DNA from: Chloroflexota bacterium
Lineage (GTDB): Bacteria; Chloroflexota; UBA11872; VXOZ01
NCBI GenBank assembly: GCA_965216245.1
Contig: OZ244145.1
Span: forward strand, 2,449,055 to 2,513,054
Reading direction: 5' to 3'
DNA length: 64,000 bases
Within the stretch, counting starts at the first letter, position 1. Each line of letters begins with the position of its first letter. Position numbers and translations under genes: made by a program. The notes beneath the pieces are model-generated. The model made no database searches. It was not told where the DNA came from and saw only the letters and a program-made list of their open reading frames with translations. Shown in pieces: positions 30,108-40,245 of the stretch.

Positions 30108-31451
30108 ATGCTTACACGTCGATCGTTACTTGCCAGCACGGCGGTGCTCGCCGCCGGCTGCGGTTCGTTAGGGAATCCACTTGCACCGCCAAGCCCGCCG
30201 CAAGATGCTGAGATAAATGTGGCGGCATTCACGAGATCTGTGTATCTCAACTTGCCGTACGGTGAAGACAGTGAACTTCTCGGTGCCGAAGATAGGTACG
30301 AACGGGCGCTGGCAGCGCTCGCGGAGGATGAGGATAACGCGTATGGCCCGGCCCGAGGCGGGTACTCGCTGGCGCTGCGGTTTGTAGAGAGCTTCTACCC
30401 GCCACGAGAAGTGTCCGATGAAGGGCCCATGACGGATGAAGAGATCGAAGCGGACCGCGCGGCAAGGCTGATCTCAGTTGCCGAGACTCTAGAGCTACTT
30501 GATGCGGACCTTGTGACTGTGTGGCCTGAGCAGGCGCGGTGGTGGGGCGAGAACGGGCTCTTGCTGCCCTTAGACCGTTTCAGCGGCGCCGGGGAGTCTG
30601 AGCTCAATCAGGAATTCTTCCCCACCGTGCTCAATCAGTACCGGCGAGACGGTGCGCTCTATGCGCTGCCAGTGGACGCGATGCCGCTCATGCTCTATTA
30701 CGACGAGGAATACCTCGCGCTGAAAGGCGTGCCGCCGGTTGACGCGAATTGGGATTGGGACGAGCTAGTTAGAAATGCCGTTGAGCTCACGGCGTCCAGG
30801 CCGGACGGCACCGTGGTGCGCTGGGGCCTGATTGCACATGCCAGTGGGGTCTCTTGGGCCCTGTGGCAGAACGAAGCGACCTTATTCGATGCAGACACGC
30901 AGCAGTGCCGCCTGCCGGAACCGGTGGCGGTTGAAGCCCTGCAATTCGTGCACGACCTGCTGCACAAGCACTGGGTCTCCCCGCTGGCAGAGATGAGAGA
31001 CCTGTGGGATTACTCCCGGAGAACGCCGCCGGCCATGCTATACGACTACCCTCCCATAGTTCTCAATCAAAGGAGGAACTTTCGCATGGCGGCGCTGCCC
31101 AGGGGCAAGGTGCCCGCAGGGCCGGTACGCACCAGTCTTGGAATCGGCATTGCCGCCAGGACGCAACGCACGGAAGCGGCGTTTGTGGCGCTGAAAGGGT
31201 TCACCCGTGCTATGCAGGAGCACGTGGCAATTCCTGCCGGTAGGGAGGCGGTCGCGCGCTTGGCAGACATCCGCCCGGACATTAGTCCGGAGGAAGTTGC
31301 AGCAGTGCAACACTCTTTGGAACACGGCCGCGAGTGGCCGCAGCACGGGCTGACGCTGCAAATCATGTATGAATTAACGCAGGGCCTCGGGCGCGGCGAC
31401 GACGTAGCGACCATTGTCAATCAGGCCTGCTCCCTCGCGCACGAGTATTAG
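30108..31451 (+). CDS. extracellular solute-binding lipoprotein (ABC SBP family-1-like), paralogue 1 of 3
   Basis: 'MLTRRSLLAS...LAAGCG' (twin-Arg plus lipobox) and 'GALYALPVDAMPLMLYYDEEY...VPPVDANWDWDEL'. Confidence 0.8.
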   Translation: MLTRRSLLASTAVLAAGCGSLGNPLAPPSPPQDAEINVAAFTRSVYLNLPYGEDSELLGAEDRYERALAALAEDEDNAYGPARGGYSLALRFVESFYPPREVSDEGPMTDEEIEADRAARLISVAETLELLDADLVTVWPEQARWWGENGLLLPLDRFSGAGESELNQEFFPTVLNQYRRDGALYALPVDAMPLMLYYDEEYLALKGVPPVDANWDWDELVRNAVELTASRPDGTVVRWGLIAHASGVSWALWQNEATLFDADTQQCRLPEPVAVEALQFVHDLLHKHWVSPLAEMRDLWDYSRRTPPAMLYDYPPIVLNQRRNFRMAALPRGKVPAGPVRTSLGIGIAARTQRTEAAFVALKGFTRAMQEHVAIPAGREAVARLADIRPDISPEEVAAVQHSLEHGREWPQHGLTLQIMYELTQGLGRGDDVATIVNQACSLAHEY

Positions 31452-31556
31452 TGGGCCGGCTAGCTGTCGTTCCCCGGCGACTGGGATGGGGACAAGACCA
31501 TGAGGGGGATTGAGCGCAGCGTCGAGGTTGCATTTGGAACGAAAAGGAACAGAATA

Positions 31557-32957
31557 ATGCTTACGCGTCGTTCGTTGCTGGGAAGCTCGGCGGTGCTCGT
31601 CGCCGGTTGCGGCACGGTGGGGACTCCGGTCTCAACATCGCCACCGAGCGCCCCGCAAGAGACCGAGCTGAACGTGGCAGCGTACACGAGATATATCCAC
31701 CTCGTCGGTCCATTCGGTGAGGGTTCGTTCTATCAAAGGCCTGAGGACAAGTACCTCCAAGCCGCTGCGACACTTGCAAGAGACGTGCAGAATCCCTACG
31801 GGCCCACACGCGGTGGCTACCAGCTCGCGTTGCGGTTTGTGGAAGAATTCTTCCCATCACGTAGCCAGACCGTGACCCGTGAAGAGGGTGCGACGGCAGA
31901 GGAGGCCGCTTCAGAGGGCGCGGGTACTGCATTTGACGAGGAGGTGGCGTTGGACGATTTCGCGGGAGTGCTGGATGACCTTGACGCAGACCTCGTGACC
32001 GTGTGGCCGGGGGAGGCTCGTTGGCTGGGGAAGCACGGGCTATTGCTGCCCTTAGACCGCTTCAGTGGCGCGGAGGAGTCGGCACTCAACCGTGAGTTCT
32101 ATGCGACCGTGCTCAATGAGTTTCGGAGAGACGGCGCGCTCTACGCGTTGCCAATTGGCGCGACCCCGCTCATGCTCTACTACGACGAGAGGCACTTCGC
32201 TGCACAGGGCGTGCCGCCGGTGGACGCGAGCTGGGATTGGGACGACCTCGCGGAGAATGCAGCCAAGCTGACGACTCATAGGCAAGACGGCGCCGTAGCT
32301 CGCTGGGGGCTAGTAGCACATGGAGAATTGGTCTGGTGGGCGCTGTGGCAGAATGAAGCGTCGTTGGTTGATTTAGACACGCTGCAGTGCCGTTTGCAAG
32401 AACCGGCGGCGGTCGAAGCCTTGCAGTTTGTGCATGACCTGATACACAAGCATCGCGTCTCTCCAGTAGCTTCCCCGCGGGAATTGAGGGACTTGATCTG
32501 GAGAACGCCGCCTGCGATGCTCTATAACTACCCTCCGTGGATTCGCAATCAGACCGGATATCGCATGGCGGCGCTGCCCCGCGGCAAAGTGCACGCGGTG
32601 CCGGTCAGAGCCGGATTTGGGCTCGGCATTGCCGCCCGGACGCAGAATACAGAGGCGGCGTATACGGCGCTGAGGGGTTTCGCCGACGCCATGCAGGATC
32701 AAGTGCTTGTACCAGCCAGTAGAGCGGCCGTCGCGCGACTGGAGGAGATCCGCCCGGACCTGAACACGGAAGAAGTGGTCGCGGTGCAGCATTCGCTGGA
32801 GCACGGACGCGCGTGGCCGCATGAAAGACTGCAATTGTACGCCATGTTCCACACGATGGCGCATCTTGGGCGCGGCGACGACGTAGCCACGGTGGTGAAC
32901 GCAGTATGCTCCCTGGTGCAGGAATACAAAGAGTCGGGCAAGCTGCCGCTCCCCTGA
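31557..32957 (+). CDS. extracellular solute-binding lipoprotein, paralogue 2 of 3
   Basis: 'MLTRRSLLGS...VAGCG'. ATG at 31557 after GAAAAGGAAC. Collinear with paralogue 1. Confidence 0.8.
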   Translation: MLTRRSLLGSSAVLVAGCGTVGTPVSTSPPSAPQETELNVAAYTRYIHLVGPFGEGSFYQRPEDKYLQAAATLARDVQNPYGPTRGGYQLALRFVEEFFPSRSQTVTREEGATAEEAASEGAGTAFDEEVALDDFAGVLDDLDADLVTVWPGEARWLGKHGLLLPLDRFSGAEESALNREFYATVLNEFRRDGALYALPIGATPLMLYYDERHFAAQGVPPVDASWDWDDLAENAAKLTTHRQDGAVARWGLVAHGELVWWALWQNEASLVDLDTLQCRLQEPAAVEALQFVHDLIHKHRVSPVASPRELRDLIWRTPPAMLYNYPPWIRNQTGYRMAALPRGKVHAVPVRAGFGLGIAARTQNTEAAYTALRGFADAMQDQVLVPASRAAVARLEEIRPDLNTEEVVAVQHSLEHGRAWPHERLQLYAMFHTMAHLGRGDDVATVVNAVCSLVQEYKESGKLPLP

Positions 32958-33035
32958 GACTAGGGTGCGAGCCAGGCAAATTGGGGTATCCAGGGCAGCG
33001 TTTAGGTGGAACCCGGAACGGAAAGGAGCAGAGCG

Positions 33036-34385
33036 ATGCTTTCACGCCGTACGTTACTTGCAGGCACAGCCGCTCTTGCTGTGGGCTGCGGGCGCGCCAA
33101 GCCACCGGTTTCCAAGCCGGTGCAACTGAACGTAGCGGCGTTCATCGGGTTCGCGACTGTTGAAATACGCGGGCTGGGGTGCCATGAGAGGGTGTACCAA
33201 GATGTAGTAGACGCCCTTGAGCGAGATACGGAGAGTCCGTATGGAGCGACACGCGGCAGGTACAGTCTTGAACTGAAATTCATTGAGGAGTTCTTTCCAG
33301 CGACCAATTTTAGGACGCCGCCGGATGTCGCGCTTGACACGGTCGCGGCGTTGCTCGATGAACTCGACGCAGACCTCGTGACCGTGTGGCCGGAACTCGC
33401 GCAGTGGCTCGGCCGTCGCGGCCTCTTGCTGCCCTTGGACCAATTCAGCGGAGCGGACAAAGAGACTCTTGAGCGGGAGTTCTTTCCGGTCGCTCTCGAC
33501 CGCTACCGCGCAGATGGCGCGCTCTACGCGCTGCCGGTAAGCGCCGCGCCGCTGATGTTGTACTATCATGCACGGCATTTCCGGGAGCGCGGGGTGCCGC
33601 CCGTGGATGCTAGTTGGGATTGGGACGATCTCGTGGAGAACGCGATCAAGTTGACGACGCACACAGATGACGGCGCCGTGCAGCGGTGGGGGTTGGTAGC
33701 TCACCACCAAAACATCTGGTGGGCACTGTGGCAAAACGGAGCGGATGCGCTTGATCCTGATGCACTCGGTTGCCGGTTGCAGGAGCCGGCTGCTGTCGAA
33801 GCTTTGCAGTTCGTGCATGAGCTAATTCACAAACATGGGGTTTCACCTCCCCTCGGGCACATAGAGCTTTATGACATATTCAATTCAATGCCCCCCGCGA
33901 TGAGATATGCGTACTCACACGACTATCTCGATACGGGAATATACCGCATGGCGGCGCTACCACGCGGCAAGGAGTACGCCGTGCCGGTTCAAGACGGCTT
34001 TGGGATCGGCATCGCCACGCGGAGGCCACGGACGGAGGCGGCATTCACGGCCTTGCAGGGATTTACTAACGCTATGCAGGGAAATGTGAAAATGCCCGCA
34101 AAGAGGGAGGCAGTCGCGGGGCTAAAGGGCTTTCAATATAGCCTGCAGCCGGAAGAGATAGCAGCGGTGGAGCGGTCGCTGGAACATGGGCGTCCGGTGC
34201 CGCTGGACATCTTGCAGGAAATCGCCATAGGCGTATCGCTAGAGTCCATTGTGCGCAGCGAGGACGCAGCAACCGCGGTGAACAGAGCTTGTGCCGCCGT
34301 GCGGAAGCGTCAGCAGAACGGCAAATTGAGTCCGCCAATACCCCTAATGCCGAATCCAAGGAGGTACTGTGAGTCGGCAAGGTGA
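33036..34385 (+). CDS. extracellular solute-binding lipoprotein, paralogue 3 of 3
   Basis: 'MLSRRTLLAG...AVGCG'. ATG at 33036 after GGAAAGGAGC. Collinear with paralogues 1-2. Confidence 0.8.
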   Translation: MLSRRTLLAGTAALAVGCGRAKPPVSKPVQLNVAAFIGFATVEIRGLGCHERVYQDVVDALERDTESPYGATRGRYSLELKFIEEFFPATNFRTPPDVALDTVAALLDELDADLVTVWPELAQWLGRRGLLLPLDQFSGADKETLEREFFPVALDRYRADGALYALPVSAAPLMLYYHARHFRERGVPPVDASWDWDDLVENAIKLTTHTDDGAVQRWGLVAHHQNIWWALWQNGADALDPDALGCRLQEPAAVEALQFVHELIHKHGVSPPLGHIELYDIFNSMPPAMRYAYSHDYLDTGIYRMAALPRGKEYAVPVQDGFGIGIATRRPRTEAAFTALQGFTNAMQGNVKMPAKREAVAGLKGFQYSLQPEEIAAVERSLEHGRPVPLDILQEIAIGVSLESIVRSEDAATAVNRACAAVRKRQQNGKLSPPIPLMPNPRRYCESAR

Positions 34386-34705
34386 CATTCCCGCGCGCCA
34401 GCGGACAAGCCAAACTTGGCCCCTCACGCGCGTGTGTCACCAAGGAACGCCGTGCGGCACCAGGCCTCAGTCTTGGGAGAATTCAGGAGCGTCCTATAGG
34501 CACATGGACAACTCTATTTGCCGGGCAAGCCACGGAATCCACAGGGGGAGATCCTACCGCTCTAGACCCGATAGCGGAGGACAAGCCCTCGCGCTACGGA
34601 TTCTCTTTGCGGGGCCTCGACTATACCCGAGTGAAGTTTACCGAATTGAGTACCGTTCAACCCTTTTGCCCACGTGCCGGACTTAAGGTGACGAGTGCGT
34701 ATTCG

Positions 34706-36136
34706 CTAAGTTAAGTCCGGCCCGATCATGTCCAGGGGCGGGGTGGTGGTGCTGAGCAGGCGGTCGGTGAGCAGGCCGTGGTGTTCGCGCATGCGGGCTT
34801 GGGCGGCGGGATCGTGTGCCAGGTTGCGGAATTCGTGGGGGTCTTCCTGCAGGTCGTAGAATTCGCTGCCTAAGTCTCGTCCCCAGTAGGCGTACTTGTA
34901 GCGATTAGTGATGAGCGCCGTGCCGCGCGTGACGCGGTCGCCGTGTATGTAGTCGGATAGCGCCATGCCGGGCAGGTTTGCCTTGCCTTCGATCACCGGA
35001 CGCAGGCTGGTGGCGGCCATCGCCTCGGGTATCGGCACACCGGCGTAGTCGAGAATTGTCGGCGCGATCTGGAAGGTCTCCACCACGTCCTCCACCACCG
35101 GTGTGCGCGCGTTACCGGCCGGAGGTACGACGATGAGGGGCACCCGCGCCGACGGTTCCCAAAACGTGCCTTTGCCGCTGCGCGACCAATCGCACATGTG
35201 GTCGCCGTGGTCGCTCGCGTAGATGATGAGCGTATTGTCCAGCGTACCGGCGTCCGCCAGCGTTTGCACCAACTGACCCACCATGTCGTCGATCATGGTG
35301 CAAAGACTCCAGTACTTGGCAATAGCTTTGCGGATGATGCGGTCGTCCGGCTCCTTGGCAAAGCGCCCGCCGCCGTTCTGCAGGTGCTTGGGCTTGTCGC
35401 TATCGTCGGCGAGGTAGGTCACCGGCATGTCGACCTCGGCGGGGTCGTACATGCTGGCGTAGGGCTCCGGCGGGTCCAGCGGGCCGTGGGGGCCGCAGAT
35501 GCCGCACCAGGCAAAGAAGGGCCGGTCGCGGCTCTCGCGCATGAAGCCGGCGGTGTTATTCGTAATCCACGTGTCGATATAATCTTCCAGGGGCAGTACG
35601 TTGGTGATGGCCGTCATCTCTTTGTACTCAGGTTGACGGCGCTGGGCGTATATCTTCTCATAGCCGCCGGGGTGCCGTTCCTCCAGCCAGGCGGCGTAGA
35701 GCGGCCCCAAAGGTCCCGGCCCAAAATGCGTGCCGGAGGATTCCGTCCAGCGGGAACCTTTGCCCTCGGTGAGGATCGTGAAGCGGAATCCCTTTGGCGG
35801 CCACATGTGAATCTTGCCGAACGCGGCGGTATAGTAGCCCGCCATGTCGTGGAGATGTTCCATGAAGGTCAACTCCGACGGGGGCAGACCCGGTGTGCGG
35901 TCGATGGGTACCGCTTGGAAAGTTACACCGTGTTGATGGATGTAGCGTCCGGTCTGGATGCACGCGCGGGCAGGTGTACAGATAGTGTTTTGGGTGTAGG
36001 GGCGCGCAAAGCGGGTGCCTTTGGCGGCCAAGGCATCGATGTGGGGTGTCTTGACCTTTTTGTTGCCGTAGCAGCCGAGCGTATCCCAGCGCTGCTGGTC
36101 GGTGGTAATGAGCAAAACGTTCGGAGCTTGCGCCAT
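34706..36136 (-). CDS. Cys-type (formylglycine) sulfatase, no signal peptide
   Basis: 'NVLLITTDQQRWD' and 'CTPARACIQTGR' (CxPxR). Confidence 0.9.
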   Translation of the reverse strand: MAQAPNVLLITTDQQRWDTLGCYGNKKVKTPHIDALAAKGTRFARPYTQNTICTPARACIQTGRYIHQHGVTFQAVPIDRTPGLPPSELTFMEHLHDMAGYYTAAFGKIHMWPPKGFRFTILTEGKGSRWTESSGTHFGPGPLGPLYAAWLEERHPGGYEKIYAQRRQPEYKEMTAITNVLPLEDYIDTWITNNTAGFMRESRDRPFFAWCGICGPHGPLDPPEPYASMYDPAEVDMPVTYLADDSDKPKHLQNGGGRFAKEPDDRIIRKAIAKYWSLCTMIDDMVGQLVQTLADAGTLDNTLIIYASDHGDHMCDWSRSGKGTFWEPSARVPLIVVPPAGNARTPVVEDVVETFQIAPTILDYAGVPIPEAMAATSLRPVIEGKANLPGMALSDYIHGDRVTRGTALITNRYKYAYWGRDLGSEFYDLQEDPHEFRNLAHDPAAQARMREHHGLLTDRLLSTTTPPLDMIGPDLT

Positions 36137-36491
36137 GAAAGTGCCTCCTCATCTGGTGTTAGAAGCAAACAAGCCATCGTGTCGTTGTCGATTATATACC
36201 CTGAAGCCACTTGGTTAATCAGCGCGCAAAATTGTAACGTGCGAGGGTTTGGCAACCCAGGTCGTTCGCCAGCGCAACCGCCCTGCTAAGTTGGCCGACA
36301 ACCACCCCGAGTTGCGATGCGCCATTAGCGTCAGGCATCTCAACCGCCTAGTAGTCGTCCTACTAAGAATGCCACCAATGAGCTTGCTAAGCGTACAAGC
36401 AGTCGAGAAAAGTGAGAAAGTGGCAGGTTCCTTTGGGCTAGCAAGAGGTATACTTTAACCTGAAGCCCAATAGTGACAGGAGAGGTCGTTT

Positions 36492-36860
36492 GTGGCGTCC
36501 AAAATTGCAATGGATCACTTGAATACAAGCTATCGATTTATCGAACAAGCGCAAGAGGAATTTGAGAAGGGCGACATTCTTCAAGCTTCGGAGAAGGCCT
36601 GGGGTGCAGCAGCACGAGCCGTCAAAGCTGCTGCTGAGCAAAGAGGCTGGGAGCACAGGAGCCATAGGCACCTCTTTGAGAGCGTGGCTAAGATTGCAAG
36701 CGAGACTTCAGATGGCGAATTGAGAATGCTCTTCTCAGCGGCGAACACGCTTCATCAGAACTTCTATGAGGGTTCGCAGAATGAGGAGTTTGTCCAAGAC
36801 AACATTCAGCATGTGCTGGCGCTAGTAAACAAACTGACAAAGTTCGTGGTCGAATCCTAA
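36492..36860 (+). CDS. PaREP1-like (HEPN-related) helical protein
   Basis: 'EEFEKGDILQASEKAWGAAARAVKAAAEQRGW' and 'ANTLHQNFYEG'. GTG start after GGAGAGG. AT-richer islet. Confidence 0.5.
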   Translation: MASKIAMDHLNTSYRFIEQAQEEFEKGDILQASEKAWGAAARAVKAAAEQRGWEHRSHRHLFESVAKIASETSDGELRMLFSAANTLHQNFYEGSQNEEFVQDNIQHVLALVNKLTKFVVES

Positions 36861-36872
36861 GGAGAAGAGAGT

Positions 36873-37124
36873 GTGAACCAGTTTCTTGTAAGTCAACTCG
36901 AATTGGATGACCCCAATTGGTCATCCAACACTGAGGTCATACAGGGGTCGCATGGAGAAATCACCGCTGTCAAGATTACTCTTGTTGTGAAGCGCCGTAC
37001 GCGTACTGGTCTGGCCAGAGTGCTCTATGATCGGGTCTCCTTAACCTTTGACGCAGTGGAGGAGGCCACAGAGAAAGCGTTTGCACAAGCTGCAAGCCAA
37101 TTCGGCATCGTCGCACCGCAATAG
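36873..37124 (+). CDS. hypothetical 83-aa protein, translationally coupled partner of the PaREP1-like gene
   Basis: GTG at 36873, 8 nt after AAGGAG and 12 nt after the upstream stop. No recognisable motif. Confidence 0.4.
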   Translation: MNQFLVSQLELDDPNWSSNTEVIQGSHGEITAVKITLVVKRRTRTGLARVLYDRVSLTFDAVEEATEKAFAQAASQFGIVAPQ

Positions 37125-37428
37125 GTGCAAAGACAAGTCGTTCCATTTGAGCGAGAGGCCGGGCGGTAAGGCACACAAACCCGGATTGGCAAGCGGCTGG
37201 TTTTCTACCTCAGAAAACAGGTAGTTACTAAGTGTAAGTAAAGGACAGAGCCACTTCCGGCTTGGCTGCTCTTTCCCGGTGTACTCTTGCCGGGATTGTT
37301 TATTTTGCGCCGATCCGAGTGGTCGAATTCTGCTAATTCGGTGAGAATACGCCGCTTGCTGGGTTTGAGATCGTGTGTTAGCATACGGGTACTCCTCGGT
37401 ATTATCTGCCCCTAATTTAAGGTTTCGT

Positions 37429-38022
37429 ATGGCTTCCCCGGTGAAGCAGCCCCGCTCGCGACGCGTGGGCGTTCGCAAGCAATCTTCTTCGGCCTCGGCT
37501 GCCTTTAAGACACCGCGCTTGGAGGCCCTTCTCACGCCCAAGAATCTCAGCGCCACAGGAGTCACGAAGTGGCCCTCAGCTCCGACATCTGCGCGGCGCC
37601 CCCGACAGCGGCGCATACCTACCTCGGCACGAATGTTTTCTCTGCGGCGCTTGCTGCCCGCGTGGCTGTTGCGGGCACTATTCATGATTGCCGCGATCAG
37701 CGCAAGCTGGCTCACGCTAATTTGGGTCATGGTCACGCAAGATCCCGCCCAAAGCGGCAGCCGGGTGGTCTTCGTCGTCAGCGTCTTCATCACCATATTC
37801 GTCACCAGCTTACCCATAATGCACCGCGTCTTTTCGCGGTTTGCACCATCGCGCTTGCAGCAGGGCAATCCGGTGCTGGTTGCCGGTAACTCTTTTCTGC
37901 TGGCGAGCATCATCGTGGCAAACTTGAGCCTGCTGCTCGTGGGAAGCTGGAACGTGGCGATGTTCGTTTTGATCGCTGCGATAACTGTTGTGGTAGAGTT
38001 CCTCTTCCTCGCGCGCAAGTAA
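37429..38022 (+). CDS. hypothetical membrane protein (Arg-rich N-terminus, about 4 TM segments)
   Basis: Clear hydrophobic helices ('LLRALFMIAAISASWLTLIWVMV', 'VVFVVSVFITIFVTSLPI' and others). Preferred over the 325-aa minus-strand ORF. The start is uncertain. Confidence 0.4.
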   Translation: MASPVKQPRSRRVGVRKQSSSASAAFKTPRLEALLTPKNLSATGVTKWPSAPTSARRPRQRRIPTSARMFSLRRLLPAWLLRALFMIAAISASWLTLIWVMVTQDPAQSGSRVVFVVSVFITIFVTSLPIMHRVFSRFAPSRLQQGNPVLVAGNSFLLASIIVANLSLLLVGSWNVAMFVLIAAITVVVEFLFLARK

Positions 38023-38052
38023 TCACGCCCGAAGGAAATCCCATCGGATACT

Positions 38053-38820
38053 ATGCTTGAGTCAGATGACCTCGCCCAACTCTACGATCTTGAATACGAC
38101 GACTGGGACGAGGACAACACGTTCTGGCAGAGCTTTGCCGTGCGTACGGGCGGTCCAATCGTCGAGCTTGGCTGCGGCACGGCCCGCGCCCTGGCCCCAT
38201 TGGCGCAACGCGGCTATAGCGTTGTCGGCATCGATTCTTCACGGGCCATGCTGGAACGCGCAGAAGAACGGTTCCAAGCATATGGCATTGACGACGAAGA
38301 TTTCCAGCTTGCGTGTGAACCTATGGAGTCCGCCGCGATTTCCGAGCCGGGGCGCCTCGTCTTCTCGGCGCTGAACGCCTTCGCCCACTTGACGACGCCC
38401 CTCCAACAGACTCAAGCGCTCGACGCCGCCCACCGCATGCTCCACCCTGAGGGGCTGCTCGTGCTCGATCTCTTCAATCCGCTCACCCAGGAGTATGACG
38501 AACGCGATCGCATGGTGACGCTGCGCAACGTCTTGGCAGACCCGCGGACCGGCGCACCCATTCAGCAATTTGAGGTGTGGGAAGTGGACCGCGAAACGCA
38601 GGTGGTGCAGACCACGTATCTTTACGACCACTTACAGGCCGACGGCAGCATTCGCCGCACTACAACCACGTTCCCCATGCGATACTCCTACCGCTATGAG
38701 ATCGAGGCAAGGCTGGCTCAGTCGAACTTTGCAGTCGAGAACGTCTTCGGCTCGTATGAGGCCGATCCGTTTACGGGCAGCGAGGAAAAGATGATCTTCG
38801 TGGCCCGGCCGCAACGGTAG
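38053..38820 (+). CDS. class I SAM-dependent methyltransferase
   Basis: Motif I 'IVELGCGTARAL', followed by 'VVGIDSS'. Confidence 0.8.
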   Translation: MLESDDLAQLYDLEYDDWDEDNTFWQSFAVRTGGPIVELGCGTARALAPLAQRGYSVVGIDSSRAMLERAEERFQAYGIDDEDFQLACEPMESAAISEPGRLVFSALNAFAHLTTPLQQTQALDAAHRMLHPEGLLVLDLFNPLTQEYDERDRMVTLRNVLADPRTGAPIQQFEVWEVDRETQVVQTTYLYDHLQADGSIRRTTTTFPMRYSYRYEIEARLAQSNFAVENVFGSYEADPFTGSEEKMIFVARPQR

Positions 38821-38924
38821 AGTTGGGCTATAGTTGCACGTCCTTCAATATTAAAACGTTGGCTATGATTGTGACAGACCTTGTCTTTCGGTGATTACGA
38901 CAAGCGCAAGAGATATCAGGCGCC

Positions 38925-38993
38925 GTCATTCCGGCGTAGGCCGGAATCCAGCATCGCCACATGCCCTGGACTCCGGCGAAAGCCGGAGTGACC
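38925..38993. repeat. two adjacent family-1 REP-like hairpins
   Basis: gtcattccggcgtaggccggaatcc (38925-38949) and ggactccggcgaaagccggagtgacc (38968-38993). Confidence 0.8.
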
Positions 38994-39272
38994 GGTAACT
39001 TCCGACGACCTCTTCCATATTCATTCTTGGGATTGTCACGGCTGGAGGACCCGTATTTGACACACGAGTCTGTGGGGAGATTCGCTTTCGCGGCCTTGCC
39101 TCTCCATTGCCCAAATTTCCGGGGAACTGCCTGACACCAACAATTCCAAGTACGCCACGGTCCCCTACCGGAGCAGTGCCTTTGCGTCATTGGGAACGCG
39201 ACCGTCGAACGTGCTATTCTGAGTGAGAGCTTTTCCCTGAGTGCACTGTATTAGATGTGAAGATAATCTCCT

Positions 39273-40151
39273 ATGGCAACAAAAATCGAACGAAAGCCGG
39301 ACTGGATCCGTGTCCGCTGGAAAGAGGGCGACCAGTACCGCGAACTCAAGCAGATCATGCGCGGTCTGGACCTGCATACTGTCTGCGAAGAGGCGCGGTG
39401 TCCGAACATCAGCGAGTGCTGGAATTCGCGCACGGCGACGTTCATGATCCTGGGCGATACCTGCACCCGCGCGTGTAGTTTCTGTGCGGTAAAGAGCGGC
39501 CGTCCCGCGGGTTTGGACAAGATCGAACCCATCCGCGTGGCCTGGGCGGTGAAGCAGATGGGGCTGCGCCACGCCGTGATTACGTCCGTGGCTCGCGATG
39601 ACTTGGAAGACGGCGGCGCGCAGATCTTTGCCGAGACCATCCGCAAGGTGCGGGAACTCAACCCGGATTGTTCTATAGAAGTGCTCATTCCCGACCTGGC
39701 CGGCAAACACGACGCGCTGAAAGAGGTGGTGGCCGCCAAGCCGGCAATCCTCAACCACAACGTGGAAACCGTGCCCCGCCTGCAACGCCGCGTGCGCCCC
39801 AAAGCCCGCTACGAGCGCAGCCACTGGGTGCTGCGCACCGCCAAGCAGCTCGACGCAGACATTCTCACCAAGTCCGGCATGATGCTCGGCTTGGGCGAGA
39901 CCTGGGACGAGATTGTGCAAACGCTCACGGACATGGCCGCAACGGGTGTGGACATATTCACCATCGGCCAATACCTGCGCCCTTCCAAGAAGCACCAGAA
40001 GCTGGAACGCTACTACCGCCCCGAAGAGTTTGTCGAACTCAAGGATATCGGCGAGTCCCTCGGCATCCGCCACGTCGAGTCCGGCCCCCTCGTCCGCTCC
40101 TCTTACCACGCCCGCGACCAAGTGGAGACACTGCAGAATAAGGCAGAGTAG
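39273..40151 (+). CDS. lipA: lipoyl synthase
   Basis: '[13 protein letters not shown]' and the radical-SAM motif 'CTRACSFC'. Confidence 0.95.
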   Translation: MATKIERKPDWIRVRWKEGDQYRELKQIMRGLDLHTVCEEARCPNISECWNSRTATFMILGDTCTRACSFCAVKSGRPAGLDKIEPIRVAWAVKQMGLRHAVITSVARDDLEDGGAQIFAETIRKVRELNPDCSIEVLIPDLAGKHDALKEVVAAKPAILNHNVETVPRLQRRVRPKARYERSHWVLRTAKQLDADILTKSGMMLGLGETWDEIVQTLTDMAATGVDIFTIGQYLRPSKKHQKLERYYRPEEFVELKDIGESLGIRHVESGPLVRSSYHARDQVETLQNKAE

Positions 40152-40245
40152 CCGAAATCGTGGGTTGTAAGTTTCAAAGAATTGAGAAGTGGAGGATTGA
40201 TCACTTCGCAATTCACATTAGATCTCCTGAACTGAGGAAGCAGGT

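Noticed and set aside
34382-34714. 110-aa ORF after the third SBP gene
   Set aside because: It runs through repeat-like GC-rich sequence in the convergent gap before the sulfatase stop. No motif.
35198-36289. 363-aa plus-strand ORF opposite the sulfatase gene
   Set aside because: Shadow ORF. The sulfatase frame has the CxPxR signature, whereas this one is a Gly/Val/Arg-rich low-complexity sequence.
37041-38018. 325-aa minus-strand ORF opposite the predicted membrane protein
   Set aside because: It has an Arg/Thr/Cys-rich composition with no motif, while the plus strand gives clean TM helices. Neither frame is supported by homology that I can recall, so this rejection is only moderately confident.
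39165-40211. 348-aa minus-strand ORF opposite lipA
   Set aside because: Shadow ORF. lipA carries both Cys cluster motifs.
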